Source of the DNA: an uncultured cyanobacterium
Lineage (GTDB): Bacteria > Cyanobacteriota > Cyanobacteriia > Pseudanabaenales > Pseudanabaenaceae
Length of the DNA: 64,000 bases
Direction: 5' to 3'
Assembly (NCBI GenBank): GCA_963703315.1
Contig: OY969811.1
Span: forward strand, 3,872,001 to 3,936,000
Shown: piece by piece, positions 1 through 9,111 of the stretch
How positions within the stretch are numbered: the first letter of the stretch is position 1
Layout of the letters: the number at the start of each line of letters is the position of its first letter
Position numbers and translations under genes: made by a program
Notes under the pieces: generated by a model
Databases searched by the model: none
What the model was told of the DNA's origin: nothing
Seen by the model: the letters and a program-made list of their open reading frames with translations, nothing else

Positions 1-84
1 ACTGACGCTAGGAGTGAAAAGCTGGAAGGCAACCATGACGAAGGCGATCGCCGCAGCTAGATATTTAAAAACATTTTTGTTCAT
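1..84 (-). CDS. psbV: 5' end (signal peptide) of probable photosystem II cytochrome c550; runs off the window edge
   Basis: Own translation MNKNVFKYLAAAIAFVMVAFQLFTPSVS is a Sec signal-like peptide; it lies directly downstream of the small IF-2-N-like gene, which is the usual psbV context in cyanobacteria. Confidence 0.55.
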   Translation of the reverse strand, partial: MNKNVFKYLAAAIAFVMVAFQLFTPSVS

Positions 85-171
85 AATTACGGAGATAATT
101 TAGTTAATCTAAGTTTATCTAAAAGAATTTAACCTGATCTCAAAGATTTGTTGCGACTTGCTAATCACAAA

Positions 172-372
172 TCAATCCTTGGGTTTGTCAGATGGTTTTT
201 GGGAATTTGGGGCTTCAGATGCCATGATTACGGCTTTTGCATCCTCCAAAGCAAGTTTGGTTTCAGCGTCTTGGTAAGCAATTCCAAGGCGATCGCAAAG
301 TTGAAATACAGCCTCAAGAGTGAGTTTGTAGTCTTCGGCGATCTCAGCGATCGAATAGTCAGCAAAGCCCAT
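172..372 (-). CDS. Small conserved cyanobacterial protein, IF-2 N-terminal-like domain
   Basis: MGFADYSIAEIAEDY...LCDRLGIAY...LALEDAKAVI is a recognisable conserved family. Confidence 0.8.
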   Translation of the reverse strand: MGFADYSIAEIAEDYKLTLEAVFQLCDRLGIAYQDAETKLALEDAKAVIMASEAPNSQKPSDKPKD

Positions 373-429
373 AACAATACTCGTATCTAGTTAATTCTAG
401 AGATGTTTGTGCTATTTTCTCATGCAAAC

Positions 430-478
430 AATCCAAAAAATAAAGGCGGCGCTAAGCGCCGCCTTTATTTTTTGGATT
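430..478. repeat. Long perfect hairpin, GC-NNN-GC family (first of about 22 in the window)
   Basis: aatccaaaaaataaaggcggcgc-taa-gcgccgcctttattttttggatt. Confidence 0.9.
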
Positions 479-516
479 TTATTGATAATAGATACAGTCG
501 TAAACAGTGAACCGTA

Positions 517-2397
517 ATGACAGCCGTGACAGACGCTTCTAATAATTCACCTATTAATAATGCTGTAAATAATCTAAATGTTAATGCAGCTAATGCATCT
601 CCGCAAGCCGCGATCGCCATTACTCAAGCACCTAGCGAAGTATTGGTTAATCAAGCAATTGAGATCTCTGGGACAGTAGATTTTGCTCAGGTTTTGCAAA
701 TTTTGGTGACATTGCCCAATGAAACGCCTGTGGGAGTGCAGCTAAATCAAGCTCAAGGTACTTGGCAGGCAAAAATTGCGGCGGGCTTGCCAACGGCTGA
801 GGCGACATTTTTGCGCGTGCGGGCTGTAGGGACAAATCAGCAGCTTTTGCAAGAGTTGATAGTGCATATTTTAGTGAGGCAGCCTGCGATCGCCTTGGTG
901 GTCAAACAGGCGACCCGTTTTAAAGCGCAACCTGCGGACTCAGGGACTTTACCGCCCAATGGCAAGGCAGAGATCGCGGCAGGTCAAACCTTGGAGGTGT
1001 TACGTTACGGTGCTGTCGATGGACATATCAAGGTACTGCTCAAGCAGGCGATCGCCCCTGTGGGAGCGTTTGGTTATTTCTATGCGCCCCATGTCGATTT
1101 GATTGCACCAATCACGCTGACGGTGAAGCAAGATACGATTTTCAAGGTTTCGACGGCGGCTTCGCAGGCTTTGCCCTTTACCCAAAAAGCGGCGGTGAAG
1201 GCGGGGACAAAATTTTTATTGAATGGCTATGCGATCGCCGATAACCATATCAAAGTCAACCTTGCCCAAGCGATCTCGCCTGTGGGACAGGTTGGTTATT
1301 TTTTCTTACCCCATGTGGATTTGGTGAAACTGGGTGAATCCTTAGATTTTTCTAATCCTGTGGTGAGCGATATCCAGATTAAGGGCGCAGTCCTGACGGT
1401 GACGACAGATACCTTTTTGAAAGCATCTTCACAAAATGCCACAAGCCTCTCGAACTCACAAAAAATCATGGTCAAGGCGGGAACGACCTATCCGATTAGT
1501 GGCTATGCCTCGGTCAATGGTCATTTTCGCGTGAAATTTGCAACGGCGATCACCCCCATTGGCGATGTGGGCTTTTTCTATGAGCGCCATGTCAGCATTA
1601 CCAAAAATGGTCAGGCGATCGCCTACGATCCTGAGATGAAAACCGTCACCATTAAGCAAAATACGGTATTCAAAAAGCGCCCCATAGATTCGCGACAGCT
1701 AGCGGCAAATGAGTTAGTACCTTTAACCGCAGGTGCAGTCTATGGACTCGATAGTTATAGCCTCACTGACATTCATTTTCAGGTAACGCTTAATGAAGAT
1801 GTGCCGAATTTTGGTAGATCGGGCTATGTATTTGCAGGTCACGTAACTTTGCAAAAGGGGAACAAACCTATTGAAATTACTCCCAAAAGCAAAATTCTCG
1901 GAGTTCCCTATTTTTCGCAGTTAGATAATCCTCGCGATCCTTTTGTGACTTGCAATGTGACTTCGATCGCGATGGTACTGGCTTTTCATGGTGTGCGATC
2001 GCGCAATCCGCAACAACAGCTAGAGGATGAGTTATATCAATGGGTGATCGATCGCTATGGCAGACAGGCGCGAACGGATAATGCCGTTTTGCAAAAGCTG
2101 TATCAAGGCTATGGCTTTGGTGGTGGCTTTAGTACCGCAAGGAAATGGTCACAAATCAAACAAGAACTCATCGAAAATCGTCCCGTTGTGATTGGGGGCT
2201 ATTTTACGCATGGTGGACATATCGTTTGTATTATCGGTTTCGATGAACATGGCTATATCGTCAATGATCCCTATGGCGATGCGCTGACAGGCTACAGCCA
2301 AACCGAGGGCAAAGGCTTGCGATATCCCTACATTTATATGCGGGATATGTGCGGTGTTGATGGCGATGTCTGGGCGCATTTCATTCTGCCCCGCTAA
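517..2397 (+). CDS. C39-like cysteine peptidase with N-terminal Ig-like region and four ~70-aa SH3-like repeats
   Basis: C-terminal VPYFSQLDN...TCNVTSIAM (Cys), GHIVCIIG (His), VNDPYG (Asp); four repeats of type L.VKQ.T.FK...GH.KV...G..GYF...HV. Confidence 0.85.
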   Translation: MTAVTDASNNSPINNAVNNLNVNAANASPQAAIAITQAPSEVLVNQAIEISGTVDFAQVLQILVTLPNETPVGVQLNQAQGTWQAKIAAGLPTAEATFLRVRAVGTNQQLLQELIVHILVRQPAIALVVKQATRFKAQPADSGTLPPNGKAEIAAGQTLEVLRYGAVDGHIKVLLKQAIAPVGAFGYFYAPHVDLIAPITLTVKQDTIFKVSTAASQALPFTQKAAVKAGTKFLLNGYAIADNHIKVNLAQAISPVGQVGYFFLPHVDLVKLGESLDFSNPVVSDIQIKGAVLTVTTDTFLKASSQNATSLSNSQKIMVKAGTTYPISGYASVNGHFRVKFATAITPIGDVGFFYERHVSITKNGQAIAYDPEMKTVTIKQNTVFKKRPIDSRQLAANELVPLTAGAVYGLDSYSLTDIHFQVTLNEDVPNFGRSGYVFAGHVTLQKGNKPIEITPKSKILGVPYFSQLDNPRDPFVTCNVTSIAMVLAFHGVRSRNPQQQLEDELYQWVIDRYGRQARTDNAVLQKLYQGYGFGGGFSTARKWSQIKQELIENRPVVIGGYFTHGGHIVCIIGFDEHGYIVNDPYGDALTGYSQTEGKGLRYPYIYMRDMCGVDGDVWAHFILPR

Positions 2398-2436
2398 TTT
2401 CTAAAGGAGTCGCAAAGCGACTCCTTTAGAAATTAG
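2394..2436. terminator. Perfect hairpin between convergent genes; likely bidirectional terminator
   Basis: ctaatttctaaaggagtcgc-aaa-gcgactcctttagaaattag; the arms contain both stop codons. Confidence 0.75.
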
Positions 2437-3197
2437 GCGATCGCCGATCCATCAATGACATCTTGCCAACGACCATTACCCACCGCACGGATGGCTTCTT
2501 TTAATTGAATGTCGCCTGTATAGATCGCCTTGCCGACAATCGCCCCTGTCACGCCAACGGACTCTAACGAGAGCAGATTTAGTAAATCCGTAATCGAACT
2601 CACACCACCTGACGCAATCACGGGTACATCCACATTTTCCGCAAGTTGGCGCAAAGCTTCGATATTTGGTCCCTGCATCGTACCGTCGCGATGAATGTCG
2701 GTGTAAATAATTCCTGCGACACCGATTGAAGTCATCCGTCTCGCCAAATCCACAGCCATTACTTCGGAAGTCTCTAGCCAGCCTCTGGTTGCGACTTTGC
2801 CATCACGGGCATCGATACCAATCATGATTTGTTCAGGAAATTCGGCACAAATCTCGGCAATTAGTTGTGAGTTTTCAACTGCTGCCGTACCGATAATCAC
2901 GCGACTGACACCAGAATTTAGTACGGACAAGATACTTTCGCGATCGCGCAAGCCTCCACCCATCTGCACCCGCATCGGAATTGAACGGGCGATCGCCTCA
3001 ATTACTTTCAAGTTTTGGGGCTTGCCTACCTTTGCACCATCCAAATCAACTACGTGCAAATATTTAGCACCTTGACTGTACCAGCGTTGGGCAACCTCTA
3101 CAGGGTCTTCACCAAATACTTCTGACTTTTGATAATCCCCCTGATAGAGCCTGACACAGCGTCCATCTAAAATATCAATTGCGGGAATTACATCCAT
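2433..3197 (-). CDS. hisA: ProFAR isomerase
   Basis: [41 protein letters not shown] motifs. Confidence 0.97.
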   Translation of the reverse strand: MDVIPAIDILDGRCVRLYQGDYQKSEVFGEDPVEVAQRWYSQGAKYLHVVDLDGAKVGKPQNLKVIEAIARSIPMRVQMGGGLRDRESILSVLNSGVSRVIIGTAAVENSQLIAEICAEFPEQIMIGIDARDGKVATRGWLETSEVMAVDLARRMTSIGVAGIIYTDIHRDGTMQGPNIEALRQLAENVDVPVIASGGVSSITDLLNLLSLESVGVTGAIVGKAIYTGDIQLKEAIRAVGNGRWQDVIDGSAIA

Positions 3198-3344
3198 AAT
3201 TTTTACCTACGATCCCAGAAGCTTATTTTAGCTAGATTTAGCGATCGCGGTATAGTACAAATCAAGTAAAACCAAATTTATTGTTTCCGCGCCACAGGCG
3301 CGGAAACAATAAATTGCTACCTGCCAAATTTAAAAATCATTCCC

Positions 3345-4193
3345 ATGAAATCGCCTAAGCAGTCAGTATCTCAACGATTAATGTCTATTGGTATCGTGAT
3401 TAGCGTTGTTTTTTTGCTGATGGCGATCGGTTCTCCCTTACTGCAAGCAGCAGGGCTATTAAATCCTACAGAATTCCTGAGCTACCCCATCCATGAAGCG
3501 CCCTCAGCCCAGCACTGGTTCGGCACAGATTTACAGGGGCATGATGTATTCGCCAGAACAATCGCAGGGGCAAGTGTGGCGTGGCAAGTAACGATCGCCT
3601 CGACGGTAATTAGCATGGCGATCGGCGTACCTTTAGGGATGCTAAGCGGCTACAAGGGCGGATGGCTTGATCGTGGTTTAGTATTTCTCATGGATGCGCT
3701 CTATACATTGCCCAGTTTATTGCTGTCACTAACGATCGCCTTTGTGGTCGGTGCGGGTGTCTGGAATGCGGCGATCGCCCTCAGTGTTGCCTATATCCCC
3801 CAATATTTTCGGGTAATCCGCAACCAAACCGTGAGTACGAAAACTGAAGTTTATATCGAAGCGGCTCAAGCGATCGGTGCGGATACGAAAACCATCCTCA
3901 TCAAATATCTCGCCCCCAACGTCATCCAAAGCTTACCCGTAATTTTCACCCTCAACGCCGCCGATGCGATTCTGACTCTGGCAGGTTTAGGATTTTTGGG
4001 TTTAGGCATTCCCGAAGATGTGCCTGAATGGGGTCACGATCTCAAGCAAGCTCTTGATGCGCTCTCAACTGGCGAAAATATCTGGTGGACAACGGTTTTT
4101 CCGGGATTGGCAATTACTTTTATGGCGATCGGGTTATCGCTAGTAGGTGAAGGTTTGACCCAGCGATTTAGTAGCAAGAAAACTGAAAATTAA
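3345..4193 (+). CDS. Peptide/nickel ABC transporter permease (DppC/OppC-like)
   Basis: PSAQHWFGTDLQGHDVF, EAA loop YIEAAQAIGA, multiple TM helices. Confidence 0.9.
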   Translation: MKSPKQSVSQRLMSIGIVISVVFLLMAIGSPLLQAAGLLNPTEFLSYPIHEAPSAQHWFGTDLQGHDVFARTIAGASVAWQVTIASTVISMAIGVPLGMLSGYKGGWLDRGLVFLMDALYTLPSLLLSLTIAFVVGAGVWNAAIALSVAYIPQYFRVIRNQTVSTKTEVYIEAAQAIGADTKTILIKYLAPNVIQSLPVIFTLNAADAILTLAGLGFLGLGIPEDVPEWGHDLKQALDALSTGENIWWTTVFPGLAITFMAIGLSLVGEGLTQRFSSKKTEN

Positions 4194-4384
4194 CTATATC
4201 TTCCCCATAATGAAGAACCCTATTTTTCAATCAACTCATTACAAGCTACTGTCAAATTTAAATAGATAAATATCAGCTAAAACTTTCCATCTACTAAACT
4301 AAATTTATGCTAGTCAGACAGCAACTCTCTGTTTAATGGCTAGTTATGCAAATTACATCTAAAACACCATTACTTTAGAAAAAT

Positions 4385-5515
4385 ATGTTTTATTCGAGAA
4401 GAATCAACAAAGATACTCAGAAAGTCGAGGTCTGGGAATGTGAGTGGTCAAATAAAGGCACTGGAATGGCGAAGAAGGAATACATTTGCAAAGTAGGGGA
4501 GGAAGAAGACATTGATTTCTCACATGATGACTATAGCGCAGCCGATGCTGTTTGTTGGGCTCCTGGTCGAACAATCGGAAATATTGCGGTTAGCTCAGAG
4601 GAAGCCTTCGGTATGTTTGAAGGAACATCTGGTGACGATGCTATTCTTCCTTGTCAAATAATTCCTGCTGGTAAATTTCGGAATGGGGCAAAAAGGTGGT
4701 ACTGCAAAACACATCAGATACACTGGGGGGTAAAAGCTGACTATGCCGCCGCCTCTGAGTCAGGAGAAGTGAATTGCAGTAATCATCTCATTAAGATGAG
4801 CTATGTCATTAACCCATTAGAAATAGAGTTTAAGGACTTTGAAGAAATTGGCATTTGGTGCTCCCTTCCTCCAGCGTTATCTTCAGAAAGCATAAAAAAA
4901 AGATCTCCAAAAATTCATGTACACAAGCGATTTGGTAATAAGGCAAACAAGGCAGTGGACAGTGATTTTGACGCTATTGTTTGTTCTTACAATGCAGAAA
5001 TGAGCTTATTTGCCAATCCAGAGATTACAAAAATCCAAATAACACCTCCCTCTGCATTTGAGTTTGTCCGCTCTATTGAAGAAGGTCGAAAGATGTCTTG
5101 TGTTACGTGTAAAAAGTGTGGCTATCCCCATCTTGATTTGGGGGACTTCGCAGTTAGTCCACACAAGAAGCATTTTTGTGGGAACTGTGGGAACGACAGC
5201 ATTTGGAGCACTGAACCCATAGTTTCAACTCCGTTAAAACCATTGCATGATCAGTTTAGTAATAGTAATACATATACTTTTCCTGACAGAACTTTATGCC
5301 TAGATGATTATGCTGGGCTAAAGTTTGAGTTATGGGCTTCTACTCCAGCAGTTTTGTGGACGGCAAACCGCCCGCAAGAAAAGGGTATACATGTTCATGT
5401 ATACAAAAATGGTAGGCGCATTGTGGATGATACATTTGGTACTGTAATTTCTCAAGGAAAGGAATTACAGAGAGAAGCTATGTGGGAAAACATGGTGCAA
5501 AATACTTTGTATTAA
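4385..5515 (+). CDS. Hypothetical Cys/His-rich protein, probable Zn-binding
   Basis: 376-aa ORF with CKTH, CSNH, CKKC..H and HFCGNC motifs; no HIP1 site seen. Confidence 0.75.
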   Translation: MFYSRRINKDTQKVEVWECEWSNKGTGMAKKEYICKVGEEEDIDFSHDDYSAADAVCWAPGRTIGNIAVSSEEAFGMFEGTSGDDAILPCQIIPAGKFRNGAKRWYCKTHQIHWGVKADYAAASESGEVNCSNHLIKMSYVINPLEIEFKDFEEIGIWCSLPPALSSESIKKRSPKIHVHKRFGNKANKAVDSDFDAIVCSYNAEMSLFANPEITKIQITPPSAFEFVRSIEEGRKMSCVTCKKCGYPHLDLGDFAVSPHKKHFCGNCGNDSIWSTEPIVSTPLKPLHDQFSNSNTYTFPDRTLCLDDYAGLKFELWASTPAVLWTANRPQEKGIHVHVYKNGRRIVDDTFGTVISQGKELQREAMWENMVQNTLY

Positions 5516-5582
5516 AAGTGCGATCGCCAATCTTATGGTGCGATCGCTGGTTTTCCAAGAAAGATTAATGGCTATATAATTT

Positions 5583-5846
5583 GTGTATGGATGTGTAGAA
5601 AAGGAAACAAATGTCGTGAGCCAAGCAGAAATCAAAGAATCTTTGCTAACTAGCGCAAGTTTTTATAGCCTATTTCAAACCCTCCCCTCAGAAATTCGGC
5701 AAGGCTTTCTACAACTTTTATTTCAAAATAATTCCTCTGAATTAGAGGACTCTATCCTTTATTTAGCTTGTGAAAATTCTTGCAAAGAAGGCTTTTTATC
5801 TGAATTAGAGTCACAATCTCTCTTGGCGAGTTTGCCTCGATCATAG
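5583..5846 (+). CDS. Small hypothetical protein, possibly antitoxin-like
   Basis: Short helical acidic ORF ending 6 bp before rusA; start uncertain. Confidence 0.5.
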   Translation: MYGCVEKETNVVSQAEIKESLLTSASFYSLFQTLPSEIRQGFLQLLFQNNSSELEDSILYLACENSCKEGFLSELESQSLLASLPRS

Positions 5847-5852
5847 CTATAT

Positions 5853-6251
5853 ATGTATTTCGACTTTCTCATTCCTAAGCGTCCCGTATCTTTGCAAACA
5901 AGAAAAACCGCGAATTTGCAGGCATGGAAACAATATGTTAGAGATGAAGCTGCAAAAACTTGGACAGGACAAATTTTTTCTGGACAAGATCTTCACCTAA
6001 CATTAATATATCTTTACAATAGCGATCCTGTTGATACGGACAACATTATCAAACCAATACAGGATGCACTTATTGGGCTTGTTTACGATGATGATTTACT
6101 GATTACAGACGTAGACGCGCATCGCCGCTCACTATCTGGCACATTTGACCTTACGCTATGTCCAATACTACTTGTTCAAGGCATAACATCGGGCTTAGAA
6201 TGTGTATATGTTAGAGTTTCTGAATCTAAACCATTGGAGGACTACTTATGA
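5853..6251 (+). CDS. RusA-family endonuclease
   Basis: PVS near N-terminus; D-x-DN-x-x-K-x-x-x-DAL (VDTDNIIKPIQDAL) and YDDD catalytic motifs. Confidence 0.85.
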   Translation: MYFDFLIPKRPVSLQTRKTANLQAWKQYVRDEAAKTWTGQIFSGQDLHLTLIYLYNSDPVDTDNIIKPIQDALIGLVYDDDLLITDVDAHRRSLSGTFDLTLCPILLVQGITSGLECVYVRVSESKPLEDYL

Positions 6252-6937
6252 CTGTTGATTCTCAATTAGCTGAAAAGGGTTTAGACACTAAAGTTTTAGA
6301 AAAAAACAGATTACAAGAAATCGCCGAAAAATATAGACTGCAAGGATTTGAAGTTGTAATCGAGCCTTCTAAATCCTTGCTTCCTTTTGACTTGGGAAAT
6401 TATTGTCCAGATCTTATTGCAAGAAAGGGATTGGATGAAGGTTACATAATTGAACTTAAAAACTCCATTGCTAAAATCTCCGTCGATCGCTATCGAGAGA
6501 TTGCCGAAATAGTAGCTCAGCATCATGGTTGGCGATTTTTACTGATCACTGGAGAAGATATCTCTTTAGGCGATCCTCAAGATGATAGTGAATTACTGAC
6601 TTGGGAACAGATGTTGCAACGTCAAGAACAGGCTCAAAGATTTTTAGCGATCGCTGAAGTGGAAGTTGCCTTTCTGTATTTATGGGGGATTTTGGAAGCG
6701 GCGATGCGTCGTCAAGCTAGGCAAGTTGCAATTCCGATAGAACGGTTTCCTGCTAACTCTTTAATTAATCATTTATATTCTCAAGGTGAGCTTTCGATGG
6801 AGCAGTTTGATCAAGTGAGAGTAATTCAAACTGTACGCGATCGGCTTATACATGGGTATCAATTGCCTAATCTTGAGGAACCTACCAAACAATTGCAAGG
6901 GCTTGTTAATGAATTAATTGCAATGTGGAAGATTTAA
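6248..6937 (+). CDS. REase_AHJR-like nuclease domain plus C-terminal HEPN-like domain
   Basis: YRLQGFEVVIEP...YCPDLIARK...IIELK (PD-(D/E)xK); C-terminal LWGILE and RDRLIHG (RxxxxH); ATGA overlap with rusA. Confidence 0.7.
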   Translation: MTVDSQLAEKGLDTKVLEKNRLQEIAEKYRLQGFEVVIEPSKSLLPFDLGNYCPDLIARKGLDEGYIIELKNSIAKISVDRYREIAEIVAQHHGWRFLLITGEDISLGDPQDDSELLTWEQMLQRQEQAQRFLAIAEVEVAFLYLWGILEAAMRRQARQVAIPIERFPANSLINHLYSQGELSMEQFDQVRVIQTVRDRLIHGYQLPNLEEPTKQLQGLVNELIAMWKI

Positions 6938-7059
6938 ATTTGGTATTAAGGGTTAGTGTGATTGCCATGCTGGAAAATGACTCAGGGAAATTTGTGTGCT
7001 AATATCATGATTAATGATTATGTTGAAATGAAGTAGCAATAGAGTTGCTAAAACAAAGA

Positions 7060-7273
7060 ATGAGTGAACATACTGAGATACTGTCAAGACTTGCTTGCTG
7101 CTGTTGAAGCGAATCAAGCTGAGATATTGTCAAGACTTGCTGCTGTTGAAGCGGGTAATGTGTTTGGTTTATCTAATTTGGCAGAGATTGAACCGAATGA
7201 AGTGCTTAGAAGGTTGAGATTGGCTTTTGATGATTTACCCTCGCAAGAGAGTAATACTTACAAGGCTAATTGA
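7060..7273 (+). pseudogene. Small coiled-coil repeat protein with a 4-bp frameshifting duplication
   Basis: ATG at 7060; removing one TTGC at ~7091-7098 gives MSEHTEILSRLAAVEANQAEILSRLAAVEAG... in frame to the stop at 7273. Confidence 0.6.
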
Positions 7274-7286
7274 ATAAGGTTATATT

Positions 7287-7586
7287 ATGAAATATAGATA
7301 TTCTTTTACATACAAAGATTTAGAGTCTGGCGAAGTTGTTGAGAATGAAGTTAGTTCTAATAAGGAGATAGCTCCTGATGCTCTCTTCCTTAGAATATTT
7401 ACTGATTACACAGAAAAGACACTCGGTGACTGTCTTTCTTGGGAAGGTGAAAGTGATTCTTTCCCAAAGTCAACTTCTGAACTGCGTAGTGATTCTGCAA
7501 GTAACTTCCAGAAAATGGAATTTGAGTTAACTGGTGTTCTTCTTGAAGACTCATCAACGCTTCAGGTTGATAGATTTTCTTGGTAA
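7287..7586 (+). CDS. Hypothetical acidic protein
   Basis: 99-aa ORF with taagg RBS; no family recognised. Confidence 0.55.
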   Translation: MKYRYSFTYKDLESGEVVENEVSSNKEIAPDALFLRIFTDYTEKTLGDCLSWEGESDSFPKSTSELRSDSASNFQKMEFELTGVLLEDSSTLQVDRFSW

Positions 7587-7607
7587 AAAGTAGCGATTGC
7601 TGATAGT

Positions 7608-7640
7608 GTAGGGTGCGTTACGCTACGCCAATGCACCCTA
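7608..7640. repeat. REP-like palindrome (GTAGGGTGC... family)
   Basis: gtagggtgcgttacgctacgccaatgcacccta. Confidence 0.8.
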
Positions 7641-7753
7641 TGGGGATTTTATTTGTCTGCTTTCCTTCAAGACTTTAAACAGTATCAATTCTTACGCATT
7701 GTGGTTGTTATTAAACATTTTTAAACAAAAATTAGAGAAGCGTAAAGCACCAT

Positions 7754-8191
7754 ATGTTAGGAACAGTAAATTCAGTCTGGTTTGCAACACGACTAAGACT
7801 TCTTTCTAAAAGAGTGAAAGATATTCTCTCACAAGTGAAGCAGATAAAAAATCAAGGAGAAATTGAGCGTGTAGAAAAAGAGTTGAATACTTGTTCAGCG
7901 ATGCTTCAACAGCTACTAGACTATGCATGGCACAATAAATCCATGAGTCATGATGATTATGAGATAGCACAGAAAACTTTTTCAGATCTGAATGAGTGTC
8001 AGCAAATCATTGAACAGAGAAAATTGAACTGGTGGCAAAAGGTTCTTGCGAAGATTGCCGAAATTTTACCTTTTCTCAGTGATCTAATTAGTTCTATAGC
8101 TGCTTTCTTATTTGAAAGAAACCAAGCAGCAGGTTTACTTGTTGCGGCAATTAATGGGATTATTGGCTTTTTACCAACAAAAAAAATTTAG
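7754..8191 (+). CDS. Hypothetical helical protein with hydrophobic C-terminus
   Basis: Coiled-coil N-terminus and two hydrophobic C-terminal segments. Confidence 0.6.
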   Translation: MLGTVNSVWFATRLRLLSKRVKDILSQVKQIKNQGEIERVEKELNTCSAMLQQLLDYAWHNKSMSHDDYEIAQKTFSDLNECQQIIEQRKLNWWQKVLAKIAEILPFLSDLISSIAAFLFERNQAAGLLVAAINGIIGFLPTKKI

Positions 8192-8205
8192 TGATCGCTG
8201 ATCGT

Positions 8206-8311
8206 GTAGGGTGCTGAAATGTAACGCACCTTTTGAATGTCAATTAAATGAACTTTTTACAACCTTTTCCATAACAAATGTTTTACGTTACGCTGCGCTA
8301 ACACACGCTAC
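8206..8311. repeat. REP doublet (REPIN-like)
   Basis: gtagggtgc...gtaacgcacc followed by tacgttacgctgcgctaacacacgctac. Confidence 0.75.
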
Positions 8312-8446
8312 GGGGATGGTTATTCGTCCCAAATGTCTTGAGGCTTTTCTGGAACTTCTTTGACTCGCAGATCTTGTAGATCGCACTTTCAAACACAGCG
8401 ATGCGATCGCTTACAATAGATGCAGACCTTATTGCTAATCTTGCTT

Positions 8447-8704
8447 ATGCCCACTCTATCAGGCTTCTATGGCATAAAAATCACAATGAACTATAACGAT
8501 CACAATCCACCTCATATTCATGTTGAGTATCAAGATTGTGAAGCGATTATAATGATTCAAACAGGTGAAGTTTGTGGTCAAATGCCCAAAAGAGGACTAA
8601 ATTTAATTTGGGAGTGGCTCGAACTGCACAAATCTGAACTATTGGAGAACTGGGAAAATGCACGTCAAAGAAAACCTCTTAACAGAATCGATCCCCTTCC
8701 ATAA
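8447..8704 (+). CDS. DUF4160 family protein (TA-like module)
   Basis: MPTLSGFYGIKITMNYNDHNPPHIHVEY...ELLENW...RIDPL; start reassigned to ATG 8447. Confidence 0.9.
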   Translation: MPTLSGFYGIKITMNYNDHNPPHIHVEYQDCEAIIMIQTGEVCGQMPKRGLNLIWEWLELHKSELLENWENARQRKPLNRIDPLP

Positions 8705-8714
8705 AAAGGAGCTA

Positions 8715-8981
8715 TTGCTTCATGTTATCTCTGCGGAATATCTAGATAACTATCAATTAAAGCTCACTTTTAATAATGGAATAGAAGGGATTGTAGATTT
8801 AGAACAAGAATTGTATGGAGAAATATTTGAACCATTGAAAAATAAAAGTCTATTTCAGCAAGTGTTTGTAACTAGTCGGACTATAGAATGGTCAAACGGA
8901 GCAGATTTTGCCCCTGAATTTTTATTTGAAATTGCTTTCAATAAGCACTCGGTTAATGCGATCGCCGATCGCGTAGGGTAA
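8715..8981 (+). CDS. DUF2442 family protein (partner of DUF4160)
   Basis: HVISAEYLDNYQLKLTFNNG...GEIFEPL...TIEWSNGADFAPEFL; TTG start after AAGGAG. Confidence 0.9.
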   Translation: MLHVISAEYLDNYQLKLTFNNGIEGIVDLEQELYGEIFEPLKNKSLFQQVFVTSRTIEWSNGADFAPEFLFEIAFNKHSVNAIADRVG

Positions 8982-9042
8982 TGTAATGCACCTATCTAAT
9001 GCTAAATGTTTGATTGCGTTACGCTACGCTAAAACACCCTAC
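8973..9042. repeat. REP doublet (REPIN-like)
   Basis: gtagggtaatgtaatgcacc...tgcgttacgctacgctaaaacaccctac. Confidence 0.75.
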
Positions 9043-9111
9043 TTGATTTGAGGTGTGGTGCGATCGCCCTGTTTGAAAAGATAGCGATACAAGAAGGAGC
9101 AAGTCTTCAAG

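Noticed and set aside
5853..6251. Prophage suggested by rusA
   Set aside because: No integrase, structural or replication phage genes nearby
7590..9045. Classical integron attC array
   Set aside because: No RYYYAAC/GTTRRRY-bounded sites recognised and no tyrosine integrase; the repeats are GTAG-type REPs
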